A DNA stretch of 60,854 bases, the filler included. It is 6 parts of 6 records of this genome, joined end to end, with 100 filler letters (N's around TTAATTAATTAA, not from the genome) between each part and the next. Parts side by side here need not be neighbours in the genome. Positions count along the whole stretch, not along the records: positions 1 to 12,612 come from DRR378314_2526; 5 more parts are not named here. One strand, 5' to 3'. Shown in pieces: positions 1 through 9,065 of this stretch. Position 1 is the stretch's first letter, and each line of letters starts with the position of its first letter. Position numbers and translations under genes: made by a program. Below the pieces are notes generated by a model. The model had not been told where the DNA came from, searched no databases, and saw nothing but the letters and a program-made list of their open reading frames with translations.

Positions 1-693
1 TATAAATTTGATGATGAATTTCATCCAGATCTTACTCATGACGGACCTGGTGTACTTTCAATGGCCAATGCAGGTCCAGGAACAAATGGCACCCAATTCT
101 TTATTACCCATGTGGCTACTCCTTGGTTAGATAACAAGCATACTGTTTTTGGGCACGTAGTAGAAGGTCAGGATGTAGTAGATGCTATTAAACAAGGAGA
201 TAAAATAGAAAGTTTAACCATAGAAAGAATCGGTGCGGAAGCCGATAAATGGAACGCGGTAGAGGCTTTTAGGACTTTTGAGGGTTCAAGGGAAAAAAGA
301 CTTGCCGAGGAAAAGAAAAAAATAGCGGCTGAATTGGATAAGGTAGCCGCAGGCTTTAATGAAACGGAAAGTGGACTTAGATATAAAATTGTTCAAGAGG
401 GAAAAGGAACTAAGGCAGTCAGTGGAAAAAATGTTTCTGTCCATTATGAAGGATCCTTGTTGAACGGTCAAGTTTTTGATTCTTCCTATAAAAGAAAGGA
501 ACCTATTAGTTTTCAATTGGGTGTAGGTCAGGTAATTCCGGGATGGGATGAAGGTATTGGCCTATTGAAGGTTGGTGACAAAGCCAGGTTTGTAATTCCT
601 TCTAATTTGGCTTATGGAAGCGCAGGTGCTGGAGGGGTTATACCGCCAAATGCCACCCTTATATTTGACGTTGAATTAATGGGGATAGGATAA
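1..693 (+). CDS. Dual-domain peptidyl-prolyl isomerase (cyclophilin + FKBP), 5' truncated
   Basis: The frame is open from base 1 ([37 protein letters not shown]...[10 protein letters not shown], cyclophilin motifs). It continues into FKBP motifs VHYEG...FDSS...VIPGWDEG...LAYG...[13 protein letters not shown]. Confidence 0.95.
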   Translation, partial: YKFDDEFHPDLTHDGPGVLSMANAGPGTNGTQFFITHVATPWLDNKHTVFGHVVEGQDVVDAIKQGDKIESLTIERIGAEADKWNAVEAFRTFEGSREKRLAEEKKKIAAELDKVAAGFNETESGLRYKIVQEGKGTKAVSGKNVSVHYEGSLLNGQVFDSSYKRKEPISFQLGVGQVIPGWDEGIGLLKVGDKARFVIPSNLAYGSAGAGGVIPPNATLIFDVELMGIG

Positions 694-708
694 GATCCCA
701 ATTCATAT

Positions 709-741
709 AAAAAAGGCCCTCAGAAATTGGGGCCTTTTTTT
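709..741 (+). terminator. Intrinsic terminator after the PPIase gene (possibly bidirectional)
   Basis: AAAAAAGGCCC-loop-GGGCCTTTTTTT hairpin 15 nt after the stop codon. Confidence 0.8.
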
Positions 742-839
742 ATACTATAAGTTCGGATAATTCGGAGCCGACGAATGTATTCAACCCCATTCTTTATATT
801 ATGAAGTTAAGCCAGAAGCGGTGAATTCGAAATTGCTTT

Positions 840-926
840 TTACCTTTTGGTCCTATTTAGGCTTAAAACTAAAAGGGCTATGTTTATTACCAACAAGGAC
901 AGTAGAATAGTGAAAAAAGTGGTCAT
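840..926 (-). CDS. Putative 28-aa single-pass membrane peptide (below the ORF-track cutoff)
   Basis: ATG...TAA ORF translating to MTTFFTILLSLLVINIALLVLSLNRTKR: one hydrophobic helix with a basic tail. Confidence 0.55.
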   Translation of the reverse strand: MTTFFTILLSLLVINIALLVLSLNRTKR

Positions 927-1106
927 GCTAAAGTTATTTATAATGGTGTATATTCAGTGTTTAAAAGCAAGATGATGAAATAGGGGAAAGGTTGCGTAAA
1001 AAATATAAATATTACCTTTTAGGGCGAAAATTCGGGCAAAATTGGAATTGAAAAGTGGATGTTAAAAATATAAGGAGATGTGTTTTTATTTACACCAAAG
1101 TCCAAT

Positions 1107-1130
1107 AAAAAACCCATCCGATAGGATGGG
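1107..1130 (-). terminator. Intrinsic terminator after the cold-shock gene
   Basis: CCCATCC-gata-GGATGGG hairpin followed by a T-run on the minus strand. Confidence 0.75.
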
Positions 1131-1162
1131 CTCTATTTTCTAAAAAAATTGTACCGTAATTA

Positions 1163-1354
1163 TTAAATCACTTTTACATTTACTGCGTTCAATCCTTTTT
1201 TACCTTGTTGCAATTCAAATTCTACAACATCACCTTCGCGAATTTCGTCGATTAAACCAGAAATGTGTACAAAGTGATCTTCGCTTGAGCCTTCTTCAGT
1301 GATAAATCCGAAACCTTTGGAGTCATTGAAGAATTTTACTGTTCCTTTATTCAT
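1163..1354 (-). CDS. Cold-shock protein (CspA family)
   Basis: 63 aa with GTVKFFN, the RNP1 motif KGFGFI and the RNP2-like HFVHIS. Confidence 0.95.
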   Translation of the reverse strand: MNKGTVKFFNDSKGFGFITEEGSSEDHFVHISGLIDEIREGDVVEFELQQGKKGLNAVNVKVI

Positions 1355-1632
1355 TATAAAAAATTAAAAAAATTAAATTAGCCCACAAGATAAGGTTTTA
1401 TAATTTAACTGCATGATTTTTTGATAGTTATATTTTTTTAGGGAATCCTTCAGGACCTATGAAAAAGAAAATAACTTGCTAATCAACTGTGCTTTAATGG
1501 TCTTCGGATATATTTTACATTCTATTCCCGATCAAGTTCTTGCAGTGGCTTTCCATATAATAGACAAGTGAGATAATTAATTCTTTAGGTATCCCGTATT
1601 TCTTTTAATAAGATTGGGGCATATTTAGAACT

Positions 1633-1664
1633 AAAAAAAAAGTCCTCCCTAGTTAGGGAAGACT
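1633..1664 (-). terminator. Intrinsic terminator after the peroxiredoxin gene
   Basis: AGTCCTCCCTA/TAGGGAAGACT imperfect hairpin with a 9-T run on the minus strand. Confidence 0.65.
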
Positions 1665-1703
1665 ATATTATTTGATTGTGACCAAAAGTGTATAATTATT
1701 AAA

Positions 1704-2342
1704 TTAAAGGTTCGGCTGTGGGGTCATCCTTAAATAAGGCTTGATTTCTTCCACGCCTTTGGTAAATATTTTTTTGGCATCCTCGGTATTTATAGACGGA
1801 CTTACAACAACCCTATCTCCATTTTCCCAATTCGCAGGAGTGGCTACTTTGTGGTAAGCAGTTAACTGTAATGAATCTATTACCCTAAGCAGCTCGTGAA
1901 AATTACGCCCTGTAGAAGCAGGATAGGTGATTATGAGCTTGACCGTTTTGTCCGGAGCTATAATGTAAACGGAACGCACGGTTAAACTGTCGTTCGCATT
2001 TGGATGTATCATATCGTAAAGCGTAGAAACTTTTTTGTCATCGTCGGCAATAATGGGAAAATTAACAGTGGTATGCTGTGTCTCATTAATATCCTTGATC
2101 CATTCGCCATGAGATGCAACCCCATCAACGCTAAGTGCCAGCATTTTTACGTTTCGTTTGTCAAATTCACCTTTGAATTTTGCGGCAGTCCCCAACTCGG
2201 TCGTACATACCGGGGTAAAATCAGCCGGGTGTGAAAATAAAATTCCCCATCCATCGCCCAAATAATCATATAAATTGATCATTCCCATGGAACTATCTGC
2301 TGTAAAATCAGGGGCTACGTCGCCCAATCGTATTGTTGCCAT
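1704..2342 (-). CDS. 1-Cys peroxiredoxin (Prx6 family)
   Basis: FSHPADFTPVCTTE active site, YPASTGRNF and ATPANW motifs. Confidence 0.95.
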   Translation of the reverse strand: MATIRLGDVAPDFTADSSMGMINLYDYLGDGWGILFSHPADFTPVCTTELGTAAKFKGEFDKRNVKMLALSVDGVASHGEWIKDINETQHTTVNFPIIADDDKKVSTLYDMIHPNANDSLTVRSVYIIAPDKTVKLIITYPASTGRNFHELLRVIDSLQLTAYHKVATPANWENGDRVVVSPSINTEDAKKIFTKGVEEIKPYLRMTPQPNL

Positions 2343-2707
2343 ATTTTAGTGTTTTAATTAAAATTTTATTATCCTATAAAATTAGTAGATTATATTGGAA
2401 CCAACTTTTTTAAAAGGTTAAAAATGTATTAAAATTTAACAAAAAATAACTGGTTTTGGGTATTAATTTGACCAGGATTAATTTTAGCTATTAATTCATA
2501 ATCTTTTGAAATTCAAGAACTACTGCATGTTTTTTAATCATGTTCCCGGCTTTTTATTTTTTTAAAATATTTATTTTTATCATTTAGGGAATCAAGGGGA
2601 CAACCTTTTTTCCAACTCAAATAATGGATGGGTAAAATCTCAAAATACTGCGTTATTAATCATTGATTTTGCTATTGATATTCATTATTCTTCTTTAATT
2701 TTATGCT

Positions 2708-3259
2708 ATGGAAGAAAGAACCTTAGAAGAATTAAAGTATCCCATTGGCCATTTCGTCTTTACGAAGACGGTAAGTGACGTAACACTGTCCGATTGGATT
2801 TCTGAATTAGAGGCTTTACCTGCCCGTTTGGAGGGCCTGGTAATTCATCTTAGCGATCAACAGCTAAATACACCATATCGCCCAGGTGGTTGGACCATAA
2901 GGCAAGTGGTGCATCATATTGCAGATAGCCATCATAATAGTTATATCCGATTCAAATGGGCTTTGACAGAGGATAGACCTATAATTAAAGCGTATGATGA
3001 GAAGGAATGGAGCAAACTGTTCGATGCCAATAATGCACCAATAGTCCTTTCCTTAAATTATCTTAAGGCACTACATGCGAAATTGGTGTATCTCTTAAAA
3101 GGTTTGTCCAAAGAAGATTTGGAAAGGGTGTATATTCATCCCGATGGTAATGTGGCGGTAAGCCTTCTGGAAAATATAGGAAAATATGCTTGGCACGGTA
3201 ACCATCATCTGGCTCATATAGAAGGCGTTCTGGAGCGTAGAGGTTGGACTTGCCCATAA
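2708..3259 (+). CDS. YfiT/BstA-like DinB-superfamily thiol transferase
   Basis: LKYPIG, YRPGGWTIRQVVHHIADSH and YAWHGNHHLAHI metal-binding His motifs. Confidence 0.9.
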   Translation: MEERTLEELKYPIGHFVFTKTVSDVTLSDWISELEALPARLEGLVIHLSDQQLNTPYRPGGWTIRQVVHHIADSHHNSYIRFKWALTEDRPIIKAYDEKEWSKLFDANNAPIVLSLNYLKALHAKLVYLLKGLSKEDLERVYIHPDGNVAVSLLENIGKYAWHGNHHLAHIEGVLERRGWTCP

Positions 3260-3332
3260 CTTCCCTATAGAATTCCTTAGAACAGCAATAGGTTTGGCCC
3301 AATAGAATACTATAGAATGTAGTTAGGAACTA

Positions 3333-3890
3333 TTATTTTTTCCATTTTATATTGCAGCCCATACTGGGTTTTTGTTTCTCATTTATTTCTTTTCCTGCAA
3401 GAAGGGCGTCCATGGCTGTCTTTAAATCCTCCCCGGTAACGGGAATGCCGTTTCCCGGACGGGAGTTGTCAAACTGCCCCCGATATACCAACTTTAAATT
3501 GGCATCGAATAAATAGAAATCAGGGGTACAGGCGGCATCATAGGCTTTGGCCACTTCTTGGCTCTCATCGTACAAATAGGGAAAAGTATACTTCTGTTCC
3601 ATACTGATCAGCTTCATTAAATGGGGAGCATCTTGAGGATAGTTTTCCACGTCGTTGCTGGAAATTGCTATAAATGAAATATCTTTAGGTTGATATTCTA
3701 TTGCGGTTTTAACGATTTCGGCGTTCAAATGCTTAACAAAAGGGCAGTGGTTACATATGAACATAATTACGGTACCCTTTGTGCCTTTTAGGTCTTGAAG
3801 GCTTTTTTGTTTGTCCAAAGTGGTATCTAGTAGTTTAAAGTTGGGAGCTATTGTGCCCAAAGGAAGCATGTTACTGGGTGTATTGGCCAT
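3333..3890 (-). CDS. Thioredoxin-fold (AhpC/TSA-like) protein
   Basis: FICNHCPFV (CxxC), AACTPDF, YRGQFD and SMGCNIKWK motifs. Confidence 0.9.
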   Translation of the reverse strand: MANTPSNMLPLGTIAPNFKLLDTTLDKQKSLQDLKGTKGTVIMFICNHCPFVKHLNAEIVKTAIEYQPKDISFIAISSNDVENYPQDAPHLMKLISMEQKYTFPYLYDESQEVAKAYDAACTPDFYLFDANLKLVYRGQFDNSRPGNGIPVTGEDLKTAMDALLAGKEINEKQKPSMGCNIKWKK

Positions 3891-4001
3891 GACTTTGATG
3901 TTTTGAATTTAGGTCTTGTACAAAGTTAATTGAAATTAAAGATTCTTGTATGTGGATCGTAAACTAGTTATTTTTGGATTAATCCTTAAATTATATGGAG
4001 A

Positions 4002-4307
4002 ATGAAGAATTCTTATCCAACATTGTCGGAGGCCATAACTGATTTTAAAAAATGCCGGTTTCACAGTAGATTTGAATTTGTGTGAGGTAGGGATAGAAAA
4101 TAAAAAATTAGAAAAATACATTCTGCTAAGGATTTTAATGTGATTAAATTTTACAGGTTTGAGGGAATGAGTGATCTAGATGATAACATGGTCCTTAATG
4201 TAATTGAAACTTCAGCTGGGGACAAGGGCCTATTGGTTGATGCTTATGGGGCATATTCAGGAAATATTCCTAAGGATATTATTGATAAACTTAGAATTGT
4301 TAGATGA
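4002..4307 (+). pseudogene. Doubly frameshifted gene for a ~101-aa Bacteroidetes hypothetical protein
   Basis: Removing one T at 4044 and adding one A near 4115 gives MKNSYPTLSEAITDLKNAGFTVDLNL...FYRFEGMSDLDDN...KGLLVDAYGAYS...KLRIVR*. Its stop overlaps the csaA start (ATGA). As assembled, the frame stops at 4083. Confidence 0.7.
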
Positions 4308-4642
4308 GCGAAACTATTACATGGCCCGATTTTTCCAAAATAGATATGAGAGTGGGCACTATTATTGAAATTAAAGATTTTCCAGAGGCCAGGAAACCTG
4401 CCTACCAAGTACAGGTAGATTTTGGCAAGGAGATAGGGATTAGGAAAACATCGGCCCAAATTACGCAAAGGTATTCCAAAGATGAACTTTTGGGGAAGCA
4501 GATAATTGCGGTGATCAATTTTCCTAAAAAACAAATTGCAAATTTTATGAGTGAATGTCTTATATTGGGCGCTGTTGACGGTTCCGATGTAATATTGTTG
4601 CGACCGGAAGCAGAAGTTGACAATGGACTTAAAATTTCATAA
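4304..4642 (+). CDS. csaA: CsaA-type tRNA-binding/export chaperone
   Basis: DFSKIDMRVGTI, PEARKPAY, SAQIT and NFPKKQIANFMSECLILG motifs. Confidence 0.9.
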   Translation: MSETITWPDFSKIDMRVGTIIEIKDFPEARKPAYQVQVDFGKEIGIRKTSAQITQRYSKDELLGKQIIAVINFPKKQIANFMSECLILGAVDGSDVILLRPEAEVDNGLKIS

Positions 4643-4645
4643 TTT

Positions 4646-5566
4646 TTGGTAACTACCCCTCTGGATAAGATCCATATAGATTTTAATGAACAATCACTTT
4701 GGGTGCTCAATGTGGCATTGGCTTTGGTAATGTTTGGGATAGCATTGGATATATCCATAGATGACTTTAGAAGATTGGCAAGAAAACCTAAGCCTCTTTT
4801 TGTGGGCGTTTTGAGTCAGTTTGTTCTATTGCCCGTGGTAACCTTTGTGTTAGTTTTGCTAGTGGAGCCCTTGCCCAGTATTGCATTGGGAATGTTTATG
4901 GTCGCTGCCTGTCCGGGAGGTAATATTTCCAATTTTATTACACACTTGGCCAAGGGGAATACGGCCCTGTCAGTAAGTTTAACGGCTGTAGCCACCTTAC
5001 TGGCTGTAATTATGACCCCTTTGAACCTTCAATTATGGGGTTCCCTATATGGGCCTACCGCATCAATCCTTCAAGAAGTTGCCATAGCCCCTTTTTCCAT
5101 GGTGAAACTAGTGGCATTACTTTTGGCTCTACCATTAATTTTGGGGATGTGGATAAAGCATTTCAGACCAAGATTTGCCTCCAAAATAGCAAAGGTTTTA
5201 AAAGTACTTTCGCTGGTGTTCTTTGTGGCCCTCATTTTTATTGCGCTGTATGACAATAGGGATATTTTTATCGAATATGTTCTCTATGTGTTCTGGATAG
5301 TTGTTCTGCATAACCTCCTGGCTTTTGTTACTGGCTTTTCGTTGGCTAAATTTTTTAGTCTTTCACAAATGGATAAAAGAACAATTGGAATAGAAACCGG
5401 GATTCAGAATTCAGGCCTTGGATTGTTACTGATATTTACTTTTTTTGACGGTATGGGAGGGATGGCTCTTTTGGCTGCTTTTTGGGGTATTTGGCACTTA
5501 ATATCCGGTTTGACCATAGCCACTTTTTGGGGGTATTTTCCAATTGATAAAGAAGAATTTGTTTGA
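4646..5566 (+). CDS. Bile acid:sodium symporter (BASS) family transporter
   Basis: Multi-TM protein with ACPGGNISN, AKGNTALSVSLT and ETGIQNSGLG motifs. Confidence 0.9.
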   Translation: MVTTPLDKIHIDFNEQSLWVLNVALALVMFGIALDISIDDFRRLARKPKPLFVGVLSQFVLLPVVTFVLVLLVEPLPSIALGMFMVAACPGGNISNFITHLAKGNTALSVSLTAVATLLAVIMTPLNLQLWGSLYGPTASILQEVAIAPFSMVKLVALLLALPLILGMWIKHFRPRFASKIAKVLKVLSLVFFVALIFIALYDNRDIFIEYVLYVFWIVVLHNLLAFVTGFSLAKFFSLSQMDKRTIGIETGIQNSGLGLLLIFTFFDGMGGMALLAAFWGIWHLISGLTIATFWGYFPIDKEEFV

Positions 5567-6612
5567 GAAGAATAGGATATCTTGTTATTTGGGTTTGGAT
5601 ACGCACGGCTTTGACTTTCTATTTTTCCAAAATAAAGATTGAAGGGTCTCACAATGTACCTTCAGGAAAACCCATCATGTTTTTGGCAAATCATCAAAAC
5701 GCATTGCTAGATGCCTTATTGATTGCAACCCATTGTAATCGGAGTCCCTATTTTTTAACTAGGTCCGATGTATTTAAGACGTCCTTGTTGAAAGTATTTT
5801 TCGGATTTTTACAGATGATTCCCGTTTATAGGATCAGGGATGGTAAGAATTCCTTGGCGGGTAATACTGCCATTTTTGAACGCTGTGCCCAGCTGCTGGG
5901 AAGGGGAGAGGCCGTACTTATTTTTCCAGAGGGAAACCATTCCTTAAAACGTAGGGTCCGGCCATTGAGTAAAGGATTTACCCGTATTTTGTTTTTGGCC
6001 TTGGAAAGTAATCCGTCAATGGATATAGGTATTGTCCCAATTGGAGTTAATTACGCCAATGCGGCAAAGTTTCCCGATAAGGCCGCACTGTATTATGGTA
6101 ATGAGATAAGGGTACGGGATTTTTTTGATAAGAAGGATATGTCGGGATCTGCAAGCCGGCTCAAGGAGGAAGTGTATCATCATTTAAAAAAGCTTACCAC
6201 CCATATTGAAGAGGAGTCAAGTTATGAAGAAATAGTACATACATTGGATAGGGCCAAGGTAGATTATTTGGATCCTGCGGGTGTTAATCGAATTAAAGAA
6301 GGGACATCCCCAGAGTACAGGAAAATTGGAAAAGGAAAAGTTGGGCTAATGAACTATTTATTTAGGGGGGTATTTTATATTTTGAATTTCCCAATGCTGA
6401 TTATATGGTCTAGGTTCATTAAACCAAAGGTAAGTGAGCTGGAATTTTTGAGTACTACCCGTTTTATGTATGCCTTATTGTTTTACCCCTTCTTTTATCT
6501 ATTGTTTATCGCAGGCATGCTAGAGTTTCTTAATTGGCCGGCTACCTCAATTATTTGTCTGGCCCATTTAACGTTAAATATCGTCCTGGTTAAATTGTCA
6601 TGGGAAGATTAA
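5563..6612 (+). CDS. Lysophospholipid (PlsC-like) acyltransferase
   Basis: NHQNALLD (HX4D) and FPEG motifs, with C-terminal TM helices. Confidence 0.85.
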   Translation: MRRIGYLVIWVWIRTALTFYFSKIKIEGSHNVPSGKPIMFLANHQNALLDALLIATHCNRSPYFLTRSDVFKTSLLKVFFGFLQMIPVYRIRDGKNSLAGNTAIFERCAQLLGRGEAVLIFPEGNHSLKRRVRPLSKGFTRILFLALESNPSMDIGIVPIGVNYANAAKFPDKAALYYGNEIRVRDFFDKKDMSGSASRLKEEVYHHLKKLTTHIEEESSYEEIVHTLDRAKVDYLDPAGVNRIKEGTSPEYRKIGKGKVGLMNYLFRGVFYILNFPMLIIWSRFIKPKVSELEFLSTTRFMYALLFYPFFYLLFIAGMLEFLNWPATSIICLAHLTLNIVLVKLSWED

Positions 6613-6626
6613 AACGGGGTTAAAAT

Positions 6627-6655
6627 AAAAACGGCCCCAAATTGTTGGGACCGTT
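6627..6655. terminator. Hairpin between convergent genes
   Basis: AACGGCCCCAA-loop-TTGGGACCGTT, with an A-run on the left. Confidence 0.6.
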
Positions 6656-6679
6656 ATGTTTTTATAAAAAATATGACGA

Positions 6680-7051
6680 TTAAATATCGTCAAAGCTTAC
6701 ATCTGTAAAACTATCTGTAGAACTGATGGATCCATTTTCCTCAGAATCTTCCTTCTTAAAATCTTTTTGGTGACGTTCGGAAATAACCTCTGAACCTTTT
6801 TCATCGATAATGTAATCCATCATCTCATCCAAATTCTCCTTAAAGGCGGTAAAGTCTTCTTTGTATAAATAAATCTTGTGTTTTTTATAATGAAAAGAAC
6901 CATCATCATGGGTGAACTTTTTGCTTTCGGTAACAGTTAAATAATAATCTCCTGCCTTTGTGCTTCTAACATCGAAAAAATAAGTTCTTCTTCCTGCTCT
7001 TAAAACTTTTGAATAAATTTCTTCTTGGTCCATTAAATCTTTATCGCTCAT
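6680..7051 (-). CDS. PUR-family (Pur-alpha-like, DUF3276) nucleic-acid-binding protein
   Basis: SKVLRAGRRTYFFDV...YLTVTESKK...KHKIYLYKEDF signature. Confidence 0.85.
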   Translation of the reverse strand: MSDKDLMDQEEIYSKVLRAGRRTYFFDVRSTKAGDYYLTVTESKKFTHDDGSFHYKKHKIYLYKEDFTAFKENLDEMMDYIIDEKGSEVISERHQKDFKKEDSEENGSISSTDSFTDVSFDDI

Positions 7052-7131
7052 TTCGTCTAGTGTATAGTTAATTTTTCATAGGTATATATCTGTCAAAAGT
7101 GGAAAAAAAAACCTAATATAACAACATTTTT

Positions 7132-8886
7132 CTATTTTTCTTTCTCAGAAAGTTGGTGCATATAAAGCTCTTTGTAGTATCCTTCTACAGAATTTAATTC
7201 ATCATGTGTGCCTTCCTGTATTAATTTTCCATCTTCCAAAACGATAATTTTGTCTGCGTTTTTAGCAGATGAAACCCTATGGCTTACGATAAGAGTGGTC
7301 TTGTTTTTGGATTCCTTTTTCAATTGGTTCAAAATCTCCTCCTCTGTTTCAGTATCAACTGCGGATAAACAATCATCAAAGAGGTAGATCTGAGGATCTT
7401 TAAGTAGGGCGCGTGCAATGGAAACACGTTGTTTTTGGCCTCCGCTTAGGGTAATGCCCCTTTCTCCCAGGATAGTCTCATATTGCTTGTTAAAGCCCAT
7501 GATATTTTCATGTACTACCGCTTTCTTGGCAACGGCTATAATTTCCTCATCTGTAGAATTTTCTTTTCCAAACTTAATATTGTTCTTTATGGTGTCGGAA
7601 AAGAGGAAAGCATCTTGTGGTACTGCCCCAATAGCTTGTCGGAGGCTTTGCAGGTTTAATTGCTTAATAGGAACATCATCTATCAGAATTTGTCCGGAGT
7701 CAATATCGTATAAACGGGCAATTAGATCCAGTATGGTCGATTTTCCGGAACCCGTTTTTCCCAATATGGCAACGGTCTCGCCCTTGTTTATAGTAAAGGA
7801 TATGTTGTTCAGGGCGGTAATGTTGGTATCCTCGTAAGTGAAGGTCACATTCTTAAACTCGATTTTTCCCTCTATAGGAGTTTCTTCTTTAACCGTACTT
7901 ACTATATTGGGTTCTTCCTGCAAAAATTGATTGATCCTTTTTTGCGAGGCTTCTGCCCGCTGTACTATAGAGGTAACCCAACCTACAACAGCTACGGGCC
8001 AGGTGAGCATGTTTACGTATAGTATGAACTCGGCAATAATTCCAATTGACGCTATTTCTCCATCAATATATTGTTTGCCTCCAATGTAGATAACGAAAAT
8101 ATTACTGATACCGATCAATAGGATCATCAAAGGGAAAAACCAGGCATTGACCTTGGCCAGATCCATACTTTTATTTTTTCCGTCCAGTGCCAAATTTTTC
8201 AATTCAGCATTTATCTTGGGTTCCAGAGCGTAGGCTTTTATAACCGAAATTCCGGAAAAGGATTCCTGTGTAAAAGTAGATAGTGTTGATAGGAATTCTT
8301 GCACGATTGTGCTTCGTTTATGAATTATTTTACTGATCTGGTAGATCAACACAGAAAGAATAGGTAATGGCAACAAAGCATATAAGGCAAGAACTGGTGC
8401 TTTAATAAACATTAGGGGAACCAGACAAACAAAAAGAGTAAGCGTTTGTATACCGTACATAATGGCGGGCCCAGCATATAACCTTACCTGGTTTACATCT
8501 TCACTGATCCTGTTCATTAAGTCGCCTGTCCTGTTTTTTTTGTAAAAATTGAGGCTCAAAAGTTGATAGTGGTCAAATACTTCATTTTTTAAATCATACT
8601 CTATATACCTGGAAACATTTATAATGGTCTGTCTCATTAGAAATGTAAAAAAGCCTGACAGCAAAGCTGCTCCCACAATAATCAGGATGTATTCCAATAA
8701 CATTTCCTTGGCTTCTCCCTTTAGAATATCATTACCAATAAAGCGTTCAACCACTTCAATGGATTTTTTTACATAGGAGGGCATTACCAATTGAAAAATG
8801 CGCGCTATCATGGTAATTACAATACCAACGAGGAGCTTAAATCGGTACTTTTTAAAATACTTATTTAGATGTTGAAGTTCTTTCAT
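7132..8886 (-). CDS. ABC exporter, fused permease/ATPase (MdlA/MsbA-like)
   Basis: N-terminal TM domain, Walker A GKTGSGKS, signature LSGGQKQR and Walker B YLFDD. Confidence 0.95.
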   Translation of the reverse strand: MKELQHLNKYFKKYRFKLLVGIVITMIARIFQLVMPSYVKKSIEVVERFIGNDILKGEAKEMLLEYILIIVGAALLSGFFTFLMRQTIINVSRYIEYDLKNEVFDHYQLLSLNFYKKNRTGDLMNRISEDVNQVRLYAGPAIMYGIQTLTLFVCLVPLMFIKAPVLALYALLPLPILSVLIYQISKIIHKRSTIVQEFLSTLSTFTQESFSGISVIKAYALEPKINAELKNLALDGKNKSMDLAKVNAWFFPLMILLIGISNIFVIYIGGKQYIDGEIASIGIIAEFILYVNMLTWPVAVVGWVTSIVQRAEASQKRINQFLQEEPNIVSTVKEETPIEGKIEFKNVTFTYEDTNITALNNISFTINKGETVAILGKTGSGKSTILDLIARLYDIDSGQILIDDVPIKQLNLQSLRQAIGAVPQDAFLFSDTIKNNIKFGKENSTDEEIIAVAKKAVVHENIMGFNKQYETILGERGITLSGGQKQRVSIARALLKDPQIYLFDDCLSAVDTETEEEILNQLKKESKNKTTLIVSHRVSSAKNADKIIVLEDGKLIQEGTHDELNSVEGYYKELYMHQLSEKEK

Positions 8887-8929
8887 TGGATATTAACCAG
8901 GAATTGCAGGAATTTGGATTACAATTCGG

Positions 8930-9025
8930 CAAAGATAGTTTTTTGGATCTAAACCAAATGTTATAAAACACATAAGATAATACCTAAAAAGGTAGTTAGG
9001 ATTAAAAAATATAATCCTATTTTTG
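8930..9025. promoter_or_regulatory. Divergent Bacteroidetes sigma-A -7 boxes (TAnnTTTG)
   Basis: TATCTTTG on the minus strand at 8930-8937 (toward the ABC gene) and TATTTTTG on the plus strand at 9018-9025 (toward nusB). The same motif occurs at 3921-3928 (-) and 10026-10033 (+). Confidence 0.6.
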
Positions 9026-9065
9026 TACCCGAAAGTTTTATTTATCTTACTAAAGTTCTTTAAAA

